DNA of 64,000 bases from Trichoplax adhaerens (taxonomy: Eukaryota > Animalia > Placozoa). The translations under genes and the position numbers were made by a program. The number at the start of each line of letters is the position of its first letter. The stretch's first letter is position 1. Below the pieces are notes generated by a model. The model saw only the letters and a program-made list of their open reading frames with translations. It ran no database searches and was not told where the DNA came from. The stretch lies in assembly GCF_000150275.1 (NCBI RefSeq), contig NW_002060947.1, positions 1,481,199-1,545,198 on the forward strand. Reading direction: 5' to 3'. Shown piece by piece: positions 9,866 through 23,500 of this stretch.

Positions 9866-11370
9866 TTAATAAGATTTCTGATCAAATGTCTTATCACCTT
9901 CTATTCGTCTAATTGCTTCCACCATTGCATCTAGATTATTACTATTGTATAAATTAGGACAATTGGCTACACCAGTTGCGCTGTCACTAAAATGACTTGC
10001 AATTTGAGAACAACCAGTCGTTGGCCGATAATTATCGAAATTGAATACTTGGCAATCGGGATATAGTTGACGTTCAAGTGCTCGATTTTGCTCTTCTAAT
10101 ATCATTCGAAGTCTTCTTTCACGATCTAATTGGCTTACTAACTCTATGATATCTCTTTTAATTTCTCGAATAAACAGAGATTGGTCTTCTCCTATAAAAT
10201 TCTCCAATTTTTGTAGTTTGTCTTCTATTTCAGTCCTAGCGCGCTTACAACTGTAAGGTAATACCACTTCCTTACTACCATCACTTGACGACAACAACTG
10301 CTTCAACATTGCATTTTGTCCAAGTAATTTATTTCTATCTTGTTTTAACGTATATATATATTCCGTTGTTTGATGCAGAACAGCAGCCTGGCAAATAAAT
10401 TGAGACTATTTAATAAAGTAACGGCTAAATAACATATCTGCGGCAATGGTCATTATTTCGTTATCTAAAGCATTCACTGCATCAAGTCATAAATAAAGAA
10501 GCAAATTTAAAAATAACATAATCTAACTCTATCATGTATAGTCTATCAATAAATCGTATTCCAAAACTGTACAGTAGATTACGATAAAATCTTATGGTCT
10601 AGGCGTGCATAGGTCATACCATAAATTATAGTTATATGTATGTATGTGCATAGTGCAGTATATTCGTATCCTTCAGCCTATACACATATTACACATACTA
10701 GCCATTACCATATTTTAGCACCAAAACAGAGCTCGAGGTTTAAGTGAAATACATTAGGTGCTGGCCCTACTCTTAATTTATATTACTATAAATGGTTATA
10801 CTATACCATAATGCAACTTTTAATATTATCATACACGATTTAAATTTTAATAGAATGGTTGCCACTGTATAACTAATGGGTATTATTAGTCTTTATTCTA
10901 TATAGCAAGCAAATACAACATCAACTAATAGATAGTATGCCTTGCATTCCAATGATTATTATGATTACTTAACATCGTGCTATTGATAACTGGTATAATA
11001 GATTTTATCCAAGATAATGATGTGATTACTTTGTAAGCATTGACGATAGGTACAGTTACCATATTGCTATCCTTTATAATTACTAAAATTAAATAGTCTG
11101 CTTTAAATATTACAAAGCGTAATCGAAATACTATATCATTTTTTTAGCATAAGTACACTTGATATCAGTATTATTACAGTCTAAAATGGGAAATTATGAT
11201 AGTCTTACCTTGCTAAGCTTATCACCTTCAGTGTGTGGAATGAGCGACTTTAATGCACGAAATCCGGTATTAATATTTTCCATTCTCCGCCTTTCATTTA
11301 AATTTGCTATTTCTCGCTTAACTTTTCTTTCCGATTCATTCTGCAATGGAACTTGAATGCCTATTCCTCT
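9866..11370 (-). CDS. TFAP4: bHLH-ZIP transcription factor AP-4; exons ~11370-11209 and 10387-9866; first exon unresolved (candidate MNKSLEM near 11894-11914)
   Basis: ERKVKREIANLNERRRMENINTGFRALKSLIPHTEGDKLSK|AAVLHQTTEYIYTLKQD matches the AP-4 bHLH. The second zipper (ELVSQLDRERRLRMILEEQ) and the C-terminal NLDAMVEAIRRIEG motif (AP-4 NLDTIVQAIQHIEG) are present. Confidence 0.92.
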
Positions 11371-14300
11371 GCTTAAGTTACAATAAGATTTAGATTAACT
11401 ATAAATATATTACTCTCTACTACAATTTCATAATAAAATTAAAGCTGCAAAGCTTTATATATCTCCAAATTACACGATCAATCAGTACTTTCATGTGCTT
11501 GTATGAACAAAATGTATTTAACATTTATTACTGCAATCTTATACGTCAAGCCGAAAATTGAGATAAACAGTAAGCTATGAATATATCATATGGCAAACTG
11601 TAATACACTTTATTGACTTCATCAGTTAATGGAATATTATGTACTCTACATATATAGAAAAGTCGGTTGAATATATACCCTAGCAGTTTATGACGATTTT
11701 TGTCTACCTCTGGTTTCGATTATAATGATATCCGATTGTATATATAAACTTGCAATTTATTAAACAATGTTACGATGCAATCAGATGTAAGAATAAACGC
11801 AAGTTACAATGCTAAGAAATTCGGAATTACTGTACAGATAGTGGTCTAGAAACTTTCAACAACTATTTACAATATGATATAGAAAATAGATACCATTTCT
11901 AGTGATTTATTCATCTCAGTATCCTAAATCTGTATAATTCTTTCTAACGATACTGATACTAGTTTCGTTATTGAGTATAAATGCCTGTATACATTGCAGT
12001 CGTATAATAGACAGTACTTGAAGATTTTTTCCGTCATTGTTTCTTCGACCTTAGAATCTTGATAAGGATGGTCATTTAATTATTTTCGATTATAATCACG
12101 ATCTGCACAGTATATATATGGCAATGTATATCGCATATGAAGTTGTAGACATTTTAGGCAAGCTTCAAATATAAGTTGTGTACTGAATAAAACAGCTGTT
12201 AACCAGTGGTTACCGTATTACTCATTAATTGCATCACATACCGTGAACAGCTGTGGAATTTAATAACAAAAATATAATCTTCCCCCAGTTACAATTTGTG
12301 TATATATTTACCGTAAATAGATCCGTATAGCTTATTTTGAGTTAATCCATATTTTTGTAATATGCTTATGTGACAGATTTTCGAAATAAGGTACAATAAA
12401 ATAATTGTAGCTGCTACATGTGTGGACGATCAAACTATCATATGTCGGACATATGTTGACAGCCTGAGGATACATACGTAAACATAAAATTAAGTAAATC
12501 ATATGTATCTTGAGATCGATCATATTAGTAAAACAGTATTTAATTAATGTTTAAATGAAAGCAGTCTTAAATTAACTGAATACTATTATAAATTAAATTC
12601 TGGTAGAATTCTGAAAAGTTATCGACAAGTTCAATCGCCCCGAAATCGTGCAAATTTTTATATCATTATAAATAGTCGAGTATTATCACTAGTTAGTATT
12701 TCACCAGTACACTATCGGTAATCTCTTTGTTTCAATTGTGTAAATAAATAAGAGCTATTGTCGTAGATCCAAGCACACAATTAACTTTCTTTTTCTTTTT
12801 TGAGTGTTCGAACATCTAGAAGTCTAGTATTAGGTATGCCCACGGTTGATTAAAATAGCTGCTATTGTAGCTATTTTCCAGGCTACAAAAATTACAACTA
12901 CAGCATTCTTGCCCTATAGTGCATTAACAGTTGCGGTCTTTATTAATTTATTGCAAGTTGCATGCATACTAAATCTAGATATATCCAACTGGTAAAAATA
13001 TTTCTGTTAAAGGAAATGTTGCTATGATTCGTCTAAAATTCGTCTATTTATAAGCCTTAAACGAATATTGCGACATTGCATCGATATATTTCCGCAGTAC
13101 CACAAACATACGGTAGTATAAGTGAAAGTACAGTATATTCATAATTTAATCTAAGCAGGAATTACATCTAATACATCTCATTGTCAAGATAACTACATCA
13201 GTACAATAGATCAGTTAAATATATATATTATACATGTTATTCTAACTAGCAGAAAAAGACAAAATATTAATGATAATAAGATGTTGCATTGCATTGTTGA
13301 AAACTATAAAATACAGGAATATAATCTTCATGTTATCACTAGCAATAAAACTTGATGAGATTTGTAATGATATGTTTAACAAGGGTTGTTGTACTCATAA
13401 GTTAAGGAGTGTTTTAGATAAATTGCGTTAGTCAAAAATTTATCATCATATCGCAAATATCAATAAATCGTAGCAATTTTTCTTCGCATTGATAGATTTT
13501 CATAACCTTCTTTAAGCGTAATCATTCACGTGATTAATATCTGAATGTAATTTTATTTATGCATGAACTATTCTAAAGTTCAATTTTAGGTCATATTTAA
13601 CATAATTAATCTAATTAATCTAGAGTTTTCGTTTAACGTATCATTAAACAGTTAATATATCTATTCATAAATTTCTATGTATGACGCTATTTAGTAACAT
13701 TTGTTACAGGCATAAGTATATATCTTTTTATAGACTGTATAAGAGTATCCATTTAGCAAGTATGCAACTGTAGCAAAATCACAACTATTAATAGTTCAGT
13801 TTTTCGTACATAATGATAGATTATAAATGTATCATAAAGCCCGGTATTACCAGTCAGTACTTAAGAAATCTTCAAAGGCATTTAATTGAATTAGTAATGA
13901 CACTGCTTGTCATCTAAATACAACATGTATTTCGCCTAACAAACGGTACGACTTAACTCACATTTGTCAAAAGTGAGCATATCAGATGGCCAAATGATTA
14001 TTCAATAGGAAAATAAACTGAAGTGCTGCAAGATAGTTCAAAGCAGATTCGTCTACCAAACTTATCTTTCAAATAGGCAAGTAAAGCTCAAATTTATTCC
14101 ACCTTATTGATGTCTCTTAGTAATTACTCAGCCCAAGTTATTCATTAGTGATCCTGTATTTAATACGATAGTTAGGGCATTTTGGGCTTATAAGGGTTAC
14201 TCCTTCTGTAGCAGCAAATGAACAAATAAAAAAATTACCTGGCCAGGCCTAGTTGGAAATTAGAGAATACAGTAAACGTACATTACGATCTCGGACATTA

Positions 14301-14947
14301 GAAAGGGATACTGCCGTATTTCATGAAACCGATAGTACCGTAATAGCCAACATTAAACTTTTCCATGTCGATGACATCGTTATCGGTCCTCTAGATACAA
14401 TTACTACAATAAGTAAAATTTTTACCCCATCATTAGTAGTAAAACGATCTTCTCTATTCCGGTCTCTTTTAGAGAACTTATAAAAATAACAGTCGTGCCA
14501 ATAATATTATACGTAAAGGCTTAAACTACAGTATTTACTTGCCTAATACTCGTGTAATAAAATAGAAAGATGTGCTAATTTTATCTATGATTTACATAAA
14601 ATTTCGGATCTGGTCAGAAATTTCTTGAACAAATTACACATTAGGTTTTCATGAACAATTTGCTGGCTTAGGATAAGTTGATCGTCTCATAAGACTGCAC
14701 ACAGTTTCCCTTCATTGTAAAGGCCATATGAATCACCAATACTTTAGATATCAATTTGCAAGCCGCAATACAACATTTTTCGAAATTGATTTAAAATTTT
14801 ATTATGTATTGTTATTTATTTACCATGAAAGTCTATCTTTTATACAGATATCAAAAAAGAATTGAAATTTGATAAAATGCAATAAAATTGTTTCTCGTCT
14901 CCCATACTTGTGGCACAGCCTATATCTGGCATTAGTATAAATTATCT

Positions 14948-16899
14948 TCAACTTGAAAATTTTTCATTTTCGGGTTTAAATACTCTCCAGCAACGTTCGT
15001 TAAATACCTACAGAAAACAGATAATGATCATAGGAATATCATTGGAAAAGACTATACTTTTAGCAAGAGTTAATTCTGCACGATCAACAAATAAATTAAG
15101 TTTCAAGAGCTAGCTTTAGTTATGACATCGAAGTGAGTTATTTGGCTTTCCTTTGTAATACTCATTTTAATAGTTTAGGTCTCGCAATTATTGATACTAT
15201 CGCCAGGATAATACTATACAGTACTACAAAAATCTAAAATGTGTTCTATAATGGTCATATTTAGCTGTAAACCAAATTATTACCTTTAAAGATCGATTCC
15301 TGACAACTTCTTCTACTCCTAATTCATTTTGCATTTGTCGCAGCTATTATACCCAAATTGCAAAATAAGAATGGATCTTAAACGAGAAATGATGGCGCAT
15401 ACATCTTAAAACCCGATAAATTTACCTTCCATTGCTCTTCTCTCAATTCCTTCATAGCGTCAAGGTCGTCTGGATCTTTATCTCTCTGGTCACGCAATGT
15501 TGTCACTCTGTTGCTTACAGTCTTGATGCAACTACGAATGGTGTTTTCTCGATCCACATACGCAGCTGTTAACTGATAATACGTTAAATTATGTATTACG
15601 TTATATAGGTTAGAATAAAACCAATAATACTGCATCATTCTGTATCGAATTACAATCTAAGTTGATCGTTTTAACTTATAATATTTTTAAGCCTTTGTAT
15701 TTTAACAATCGTCGTCTACAAGTTCCAGGTGGAGATATCTATTGACTGTAATACTGCTTAGCGGGAATATGTAATAAGTCCCTTCTGACATTGAATATTC
15801 ATGAGTACCTGTCGATGTAAGTCTTTGCATTGAGCACCAGCGTCCACCTCCCCCTCGAAAGACGTCGTTGGGACACTATTATTTAACTTGTATATTATCG
15901 TATCATCAATCTTGCGTAATGTTCGCAATGCATCCTATCGTTATGAGATTACCAGATATTCAGAAAGATAAAATTTCATCTACTGTAAAATATTATAACG
16001 ACTCTAAACGCAAGATCGATAATTATTATATATAAAATATTTATAAAGAATGGATATAAAATAAAGGTAGTGTTACAATATTTTGAAGAGTTCATTGCAG
16101 ATTATGCTGGTAATGAATCGATCTAGCTGGTTTATTAATAAACTATGACGAGTTTGCATTTCTGACTTCATATCTTTTCACTTTACAGGACATCTAGAGT
16201 GCCAAACGTATGTATTCATTATGTAGCTTTGATATTTTCTATATTGGCACTGCAAGCTTATTATTAAAATGATGAAGAGTACAGTAATATACAATGTACT
16301 GGCGACTAGAAGCTAGTGGTAAGCCAGGATAACATATTCTAAGTTAAACTTGCACCTCGCAGTGTCATTACCGCAAATTGATTGCCATAGACCTGCCAAT
16401 ATTCAGTACAGTATTTTGCAAATGCTAAAGTACTAATCCATCACAATCAACATACTGATGGCTAATGAATCAAGACTGCCTACGTGTCCATGATGCAACA
16501 CATTTGCATGTTTCGTCTAGTCGCAACACCTTCATGAATCGAACTCCTACGTGTACTTTAGAAGAAATGAAAACCTTTCAGCTATCAGCCAATAATAGCA
16601 ACTGATGAGCGAATTCATCCATCTTGCATAGCCGTACTGTAAGTTGAACATTTGTTCTACCTTGATGTATCTATATGTAGAAGATGATTTATTTTCTCGA
16701 ATTTATCATCACCTCTGCCGCATGGACTGTACGGTATCGTAGTTACTAACAGCTTTCGACAACAGATGATTTTGCACTAGCAAGCTGACTCCACAACAGG
16801 ATTGTGGAGTCATTTTTCAATTAAAAAGCATACCTGAAACTGGCTAAAATTATGGCAGTTTATCGTTATCTTCTCTTTGGCAGCAGGATCAGTCGCCAT
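14948..16899 (-). CDS. MIX23: Mitochondrial intermembrane space protein MIX23/CCDC58; exons 16899-16834, 15934-15809, 15572-15426, 15343-15284, 15007-14948
   Basis: INCHNFSQFQ-DALRTLRKIDDTIIYKLNNSVPTTSF...QCKDL...SCI...[33 protein letters not shown] matches CCDC58. All introns are phase-0 GT-AG. Confidence 0.93.
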
Positions 16900-16980
16900 T
16901 TTAATGTTGAAATTACTTTTTGAGCTACAAATTTCCTTTCCTCAGTTAATAAATGGATGGCAGCTTTGCCATCGTCCAGT

Positions 16981-17315
16981 CTACGGTACAGTACAGTATA
17001 GTACTGTAGACTACAGTGGAAATCACTCACGCGTACTGTACTGTACCATGCGCAGTATATTATACTGTAGGTTACAGTACTATATATTGTGCACTGTAGC
17101 CCCGCCCAGTGGCAAGGAGCCCTTGGCTACAGTACTAAATACTGTATTATACTGTACTGTACAGGACGCTACATCTTTCAGCCTATAGATTTTGACTTGA
17201 TGCTTCAGACGTTTCAGTACCGAAATAGAGTTCAACTCCAAAATTTAGAGAGTCTAGTGTACAGGTAACTGCACACTGTAGTGTACAGTACTGTACTGTA
17301 CAGTACTGTACGGTA
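16981..17315. repeat. CAGTA/TACTG cluster in the MIX23/RMI1 divergent promoter, with GC box GCCCCGCCC at ~17099
   Basis: 'gtacagtacagtatagtactgtag', 'tatactgtactgtacag' and 'gtgtacagtactgtactgtacagtactgtac'. Confidence 0.85.
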
Positions 17316-17665
17316 AGGACTTAGCAGACTGGACGACTAACAGAAAAAAGGTTTCCTTCTAGCCGTCCGTCCCATTGTCCTGGGAGACAAAATAGGATAC
17401 GGTACGGACAGCGGCCTGGAAGGAGAGAGCGGCCAAGATAAATTAGCTCCAAGGCTCATCCACCAACGAATAGTAATACTTCAACATTAACAATTTTTAG
17501 GGTTCTCTTTTAAGGCTTTACAAATGAATTGCCTTTGAACTCTTAGGTGAAGAGCATCACTAAGATCATCTACTATTTCAGATTATCGATAGTACTGTAG
17601 AGCCTTTCTATTATGATATAATTTTCCTCATGCCAGCAACGGATTGGAAGTAGGCTAGTTCAATC

Positions 17666-20151
17666 ATGGAAGAGCTAAAACAATGGTTCGCCAAGCAATT
17701 TGGTTTAAATGTTCGAGAAGATTGGTTAAAATCCAACATCAACCAGGTAATACCTTATTAAAATGGTGTAGTAGAGAAGGCTGAAAGGAAAGCTTCAATA
17801 TTCTACAAATCATCAATAGAGCATCAATTGCTTTAGTTTTGCTTATAATTATTTAGTAAAGTAAGGACAACTTTGTTGATAATGTAGGTCATGTTGATTG
17901 CTATTTGAAGACGTACCGTGTGCAAACTATTCTATTGGTGTTATGCAAGTACATATTAATCTAATACATGCATTATTTTACTGGATGATATCCCTGACTA
18001 GGCTAAATCAACTAATGATCGAGATAGTTTATACCGGAAATTCTTACACAGCGATATTCGAGATGTATCAAATGGTTATTTAACGAATGCTCATACTACA
18101 CAATCAACAATTCAATTAAATGGTAAAATCTGTATGCAAGTGGATTCGCTATATGATATCGGCCGATCCGCTTATTCGCAATTACGACAATGCCAAGGAA
18201 ACGATGACACCGATTTCTCGGAAGCTGATAATAACGATAAGGTAATAAGATTTGTATTATCTTGAAATATAGTATACGCGTACATAAAGTAGATGTCCAT
18301 GGTATAAACATACGTTGTCTTACTAGATTACATATTACAAGTATTCTTGTATTTATTTAGAAATGGGAACCGAAACCCACCAGAATGCTCCTCCTAACGC
18401 TGAATGATGGTATCCGAGATGTAGAAGCAATGGAGTATCAACCTATACCAGAGTTATCCTACAAAACTCCAATAGGTGCAAAGGTCCGATATGCAATAGA
18501 CACTATTTAAAATATACATGCTGTGTTTATGTATGTACAGTACAGTACAGTACAGTATATACTTTTTTTTGAAATGTAATTTGATAATTTATGACAATCT
18601 GATTAATGTAGATTTTGATTATTGGCCCTGTGACCATGAGATCGGCAATGATCTTACTTGATAGCCAAAATATCCGATTATTAGGAGGTAGCCTACCAAA
18701 TTTAGATGGTAAAGGCCATCAAGATCGCTTGCGACAGCTTTTGTAAGCTTAAGTCTGCGTAAATACGTGTATAGCTTTAATACATGAACACATAGTATTG
18801 ACCAAAGTAAATTAGTATAACATCCATATCTTCGACTATTAAATCATAGGAATCTACCTGATGACCATCCATTAGCTACAAAGATAAATCAAAATATTCC
18901 TATACCAATGGAATTTATCAATGCAAACAATGAGACTATAAATCCTCTGAGTATTCCGCGCAATAAGTTCAACAACGATGAAAAATGGGTTAAAAAACCT
19001 TATTCAGCAAGCATCAATACCCACCAACAAGTTTATGATAACATCCCGCAAGACAAAAGTTTAGGCAATAAATCATGCAAAAATGAAGATATATTTATAG
19101 TTGACGATGACTTTGACGATGCTGATCTGTTAGCAATGGATGAAGATATCTTTTCTCAACATTTTCAAAAACCTAAAAATAGTAAAGTAGATGTGAAAAT
19201 TGAAGCGTCTACTATCAAAAGAGAATATGTATTACCCATTGGATCCACTAAAAGCAATAATGACAATTTGCAACCCAGTCATAGCGGCATAATTAAGAAT
19301 GAAAACGATGCTTATAAACTTTCAGAAATGCAAAATACTAAACTAATATCAACCGTAGATTCTGAAAATCCTATACTATATTTGATAGACATAGAAAATG
19401 ACCTACGAAAGAACAGTGTTACTTTTCCCTTTACCTTTCATATTAAGGTGGGCAATAATTTGGCTATCATATGTGTAATGCTTGTATTTAATTTTTGCAA
19501 ATAAATGACCATAACTGTACGGTACTTATATATTCTTTGCAATATAGGCATATTTTTCTACATTGTTATCACCTTTAAATAGTCGTAATAAGTGGCATGT
19601 AAAAGCAAGAATAAATGATGGAACAAGCTATCTCGACGTCGATGTTAGTGATCAGGTTCGAATATGCTTCTCGTCTTATAAAGATACGATTTTTTTTATC
19701 GACTAGTTCTGATAAGATATATCTTAAAAAGCAAAGTTGATCAATTTTAATTCATATGTAGGTTCTTTCAGAAATCATTGGTTTTAGCGCAGAAAAATTT
19801 AATGTAAGATTCTCATTGAATTGTTTACAGAAATTTTGTTATATTTATTCAATGCAATGATTTATTTCATATTTCTACAGAAATTGAAGTTAGTTTCTGA
19901 TCAAAGTGAACGAAAGCTTATGCAACAGGTAATTATAGGAAATTATTAATCATGTGCTATTGAATTTATTATAGAAACAAATTTTCATTATTGTTTAGGG
20001 ATTAAAAAATTGTCAGCAAACACTATCGCAAATAAACTGCGTGATGGAGATTATCCTCAACCGGAGTGCAGTTCCACTTTTAATACAGTTAAAGCAATCG
20101 ACTATATACAATATGAAAAATCTAATAACCAGGGTAAAGTGTCGTCATTGA
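17666..20151 (+). CDS. RMI1: RecQ-mediated genome instability protein 1; 9 exons (17666-17746, 18002-18241, 18361-18483, 18612-18742, 18850-19447, 19548-19655, 19762-19803, 19881-19928, 19999-20151)
   Basis: OB1 motifs QVDSLYDIGRSAYSQL, WEPKPTRMLLLTLNDG..VEAMEYQPIP and K-ILIIGPV...IRLLGG; C-terminal OB motif [30 protein letters not shown]. Intron phases are consistent. Confidence 0.93.
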
Positions 20152-20384
20152 ATTATTGTTTTATAACTTTAATAAATTCTTCGGAAATACAATATAAAAA
20201 AGTTGCGATATAGCAAAAATACACGCTGTTGGAGAATGTTAATAATATTTTAAAATCAATAAATATCATGACCTCTAAAGTACAGCATAAAAAAGTGTTA
20301 ACATTGTTGTCATTTGATTTTGTACATTTCATATACTCGTGTCAAACAATACCATGATATCATATCCATGTAGATACAAGAACC

Positions 20385-20460
20385 TATATATATATATATC
20401 TATATATTTGTATATATATATTTGTGTATACTGTATATACGTATATATATATGTATATAT
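20385..20460. repeat. Compound (TA)n-rich microsatellite between the convergent RMI1 and afadin 3' ends
   Basis: 'tatatatatatatatctatatatttgtatatatata...'. Confidence 0.85.
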
Positions 20461-20565
20461 AAACACTAAATGATACAAGTCTGATACTTTTTCAAATACA
20501 ATATTATCTAAACAAGTTATGTAAAATAGAGCCATTAATATGCGCTAATGAATTAAAGTAATACA

Positions 20566-23500
20566 TTACGAAAACATTGCACGCCTTGCTGCAAATGTCA
20601 TATCAGAAGGATCAGCTTCTTCTGAAATTGACGATGTTGAAAATTTTTGAGGCCTTGGTAAAGCGCCGTTACTATTGATAGCCATTAGAGATTGCGTACG
20701 ATTGCTAGGGTTCATACCCCGCGTTGATGGGATGTTATCATTGGCACCATTTCGAACAAAATTTCCACGTTGTGCATTATTACCAACGGTCGATAAATCT
20801 TGTTGACTAACACCACGTGTTGGTGGAAGATTAATTCGAGGCTGATTGTACTGTTCAGGGCCAACATGATTATGTTGTGGTAATTTGTTAATACTAGGAG
20901 TACTTACTGTACGATAAGGAGCATTAGCAGCAATTGGCTGCGATGGCATATTCGATGATCTTCGAGTTGGTGGTACAGGTTGTTGTGGCTGAGATTTTAT
21001 GCGGANNNNNNNNNNNNNNNNNNNNNNNNNNNNNNNNNNNNNNNNNNNNNNNNNNNNNNNNNNNNNNNNNNNNNNNNNNNNNNNNNNNNNNNNNNNNNNN
21101 NNNNNNNNNNNNNNNNNNNNNNNNNNNNNNNNNNNNNNNNNNNNNNNNNNNNNNNNNNNNNNNNNNNNNNNNNNNNNNNNNNNNNNNNNNNNNNNNNNNN
21201 NNNNNNNNNNNNNNNNNNNNNNNNNNNNNNNNNNNNNNNNNNNNNNNNNNNNNNNNNNNNNNNNNNNNNNNNNNNNNNNNNNNNNNNNNNNNNNNNNNNN
21301 NNNNNNNNNNNNNNNNNNNNNNNNNNNNNNNNNNNNNNNNNNNNNNNNNNNNNNNNNNNNNNNNNNNNNNNNNNNNNNNNNNNNNNNNNNNNNNNNNNNN
21401 NNNNNNNNNNNNNNNNNNNNNNNNNNNNNNNNNNNNNNNNNNNNNNNNNNNNNNNNNNNNNNNNNNNNNNNNNNNNNNNNNNNNNNNNNNNNNNNNNNNN
21501 NNNNNNNNNNNNNNNNNNNNNNNNNNNNNNNNNNNNNNNNNNNNNNNNNNNNNNNNNNNNNNNNNNNNNNNNNNNNNNNNNNNNNNNNNNNNNNNNNNNN
21601 NNNNNNNNNNNNNNNNNNNNNNNNNNNNNNNNNNNNNNNNNNNNNNNNNNNNNNNNNNNNNNNNNNNNNNNNNNNNCATGATTGCTTTCTTTGACTAGGC
21701 GTAGGACTAGCAGGAGGTCTAAAATTCATTCCTCGTTGATTCGGTAAAGACGATGATCTCTGACTTACAGTTGGGCTAGGCGGAGATTGTGGAGATCGTC
21801 TGCCGTTGACTACCGGTATCCCTATAGGCTGACTAACTGGCAATGAGAGATTTGGTTTAGGCTTCCTTCCATTTGGATTTGCAATTGGATTTCCAGCTGA
21901 ATTAATTGGATGAGGTCCGCGAGTGGCCGATGCGTGTCGTGGCGGAACATTCTGATGTATCTTAGGATCACCTGCTGGATTTTGATTACTAACACGATCT
22001 GATACTGATGGCGGGGGAAAATTGGATGATTTGATCACAGACTGAGGTAAGGGAGGAGGCGGTGATAAACTATCTGGACTAAGTATTGGCTGTGGAGGCA
22101 TTGGTGGCGGTAATGGAGAAGCTTCAGGGCTAATATTATTATTGCGTGCTGGAACCGGATATGATTGAGGTGGCTGCACATGTGAACTCTTTGATGCTGT
22201 GTTAGACCAATACCTTGGTGGGTTAGGTTCTTCTTCACCTCCATCTGAGACATCTTCATCCACTTTAAACTGAACGCGTTTGGTTCCCTTGGAATTAGCA
22301 TGATATTGTCTGTTTGGTTGATGCTTTTCTTCTTCTAGGTCATCGAATGAGTACTCTTCCATATCATTAGGCCTCTTAGGCTTATCTTCTCCAAATATAG
22401 CATGCTCTTCTAGTTGATCTTTAAAGCGTACACTTCGTTTTTGTTTTGGTTCATTATCACGAGATTGTGAATGACCATTCAAGTTAACGCGACTCCCTCT
22501 GGGTAATTCTTCGAAACGTAGATCGTCATCATTCCTAAATTAAAATGCCATCTTATTAATATTTTGCGTTAAAGATAGTCCTTTAACCTTAATTAATCCT
22601 TACTTATCCATATCAAAATCGTATAATCGAGGAGCGCTTCCTTGATTTACACTTCGAGGATCACGTTGATCAGTGATTGTTGTAGGTAGAATATCAGGCG
22701 ATAGAGAATCAGGACTCGTTGGTGATCCTGTGGAGTAGTTATAACAATAATCTTAGATTAATTTAACATTTCAATTTAGCCACAGTCTTATAAAGAATGG
22801 ATAGGCCTTAATTTTAAAATATTAGATATAATTGATACAAATATTTAAAAATACTGATCACTTTACCATTGGATAATAGAAGTGTCCCCAATCCATGATA
22901 TAACGCGGCCTTTTTAGCAATTTCCAATGCAACCTCATTACCAGTTCTTTGCATAACTTCAGCAGCCCTGATTTATAAATTATATAGGAGAAGTACACGA
23001 AAGATCAATACAAAATATTTCTTCATAGTTTACTAAACCAGCGAGACAATAGCATTATGCTTATTTATAAAATTTCAACATAGAACGTACTGTTCTTGAG
23101 ATATTCCAATTAAACTACGTCCATCAACTGTTAAAATTTGATCACCAGCTTGTAAGCGACCATCCTATTCAGATTAATTTATTTACGCCAAATATCATTT
23201 TTACTGAATAAAAACATGAGATCAAATTCAATATAAATTTTCTTATTACAAACCTTATCAGCAATGCCACCTTTAACAACAGATTTAATGTAGATTCCAC
23301 ACTCTTGTTGATTAGTGCCCTAATAGTTATCATTGTAGTGTTAGAATTGTATAAAATTATATGAGTAGGATTAATTATTCAATTATACATACCCTAGCGG
23401 CGACTATACTAAGACCAAGACTAGCGCCGCCTTTGTAAAAGGTAATGTACTCAATTTCGGCATCCTGAATTATAAAATAATTCCTTCATTATTGCGATTG

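Noticed and set aside
14235-14483. Minus-strand donor-like AG|GTAA near 14238 and a 76-aa plus-strand ORF
   Set aside because: This could be a TFAP4 5'UTR exon but nothing else supports it, and the ORF has no recognisable homology.
20924-21698. Several 230-250 aa poly-X ORFs
   Set aside because: They are produced by the N gap. Even the frame continuity of the 638-aa afadin ORF across the gap is unverified.
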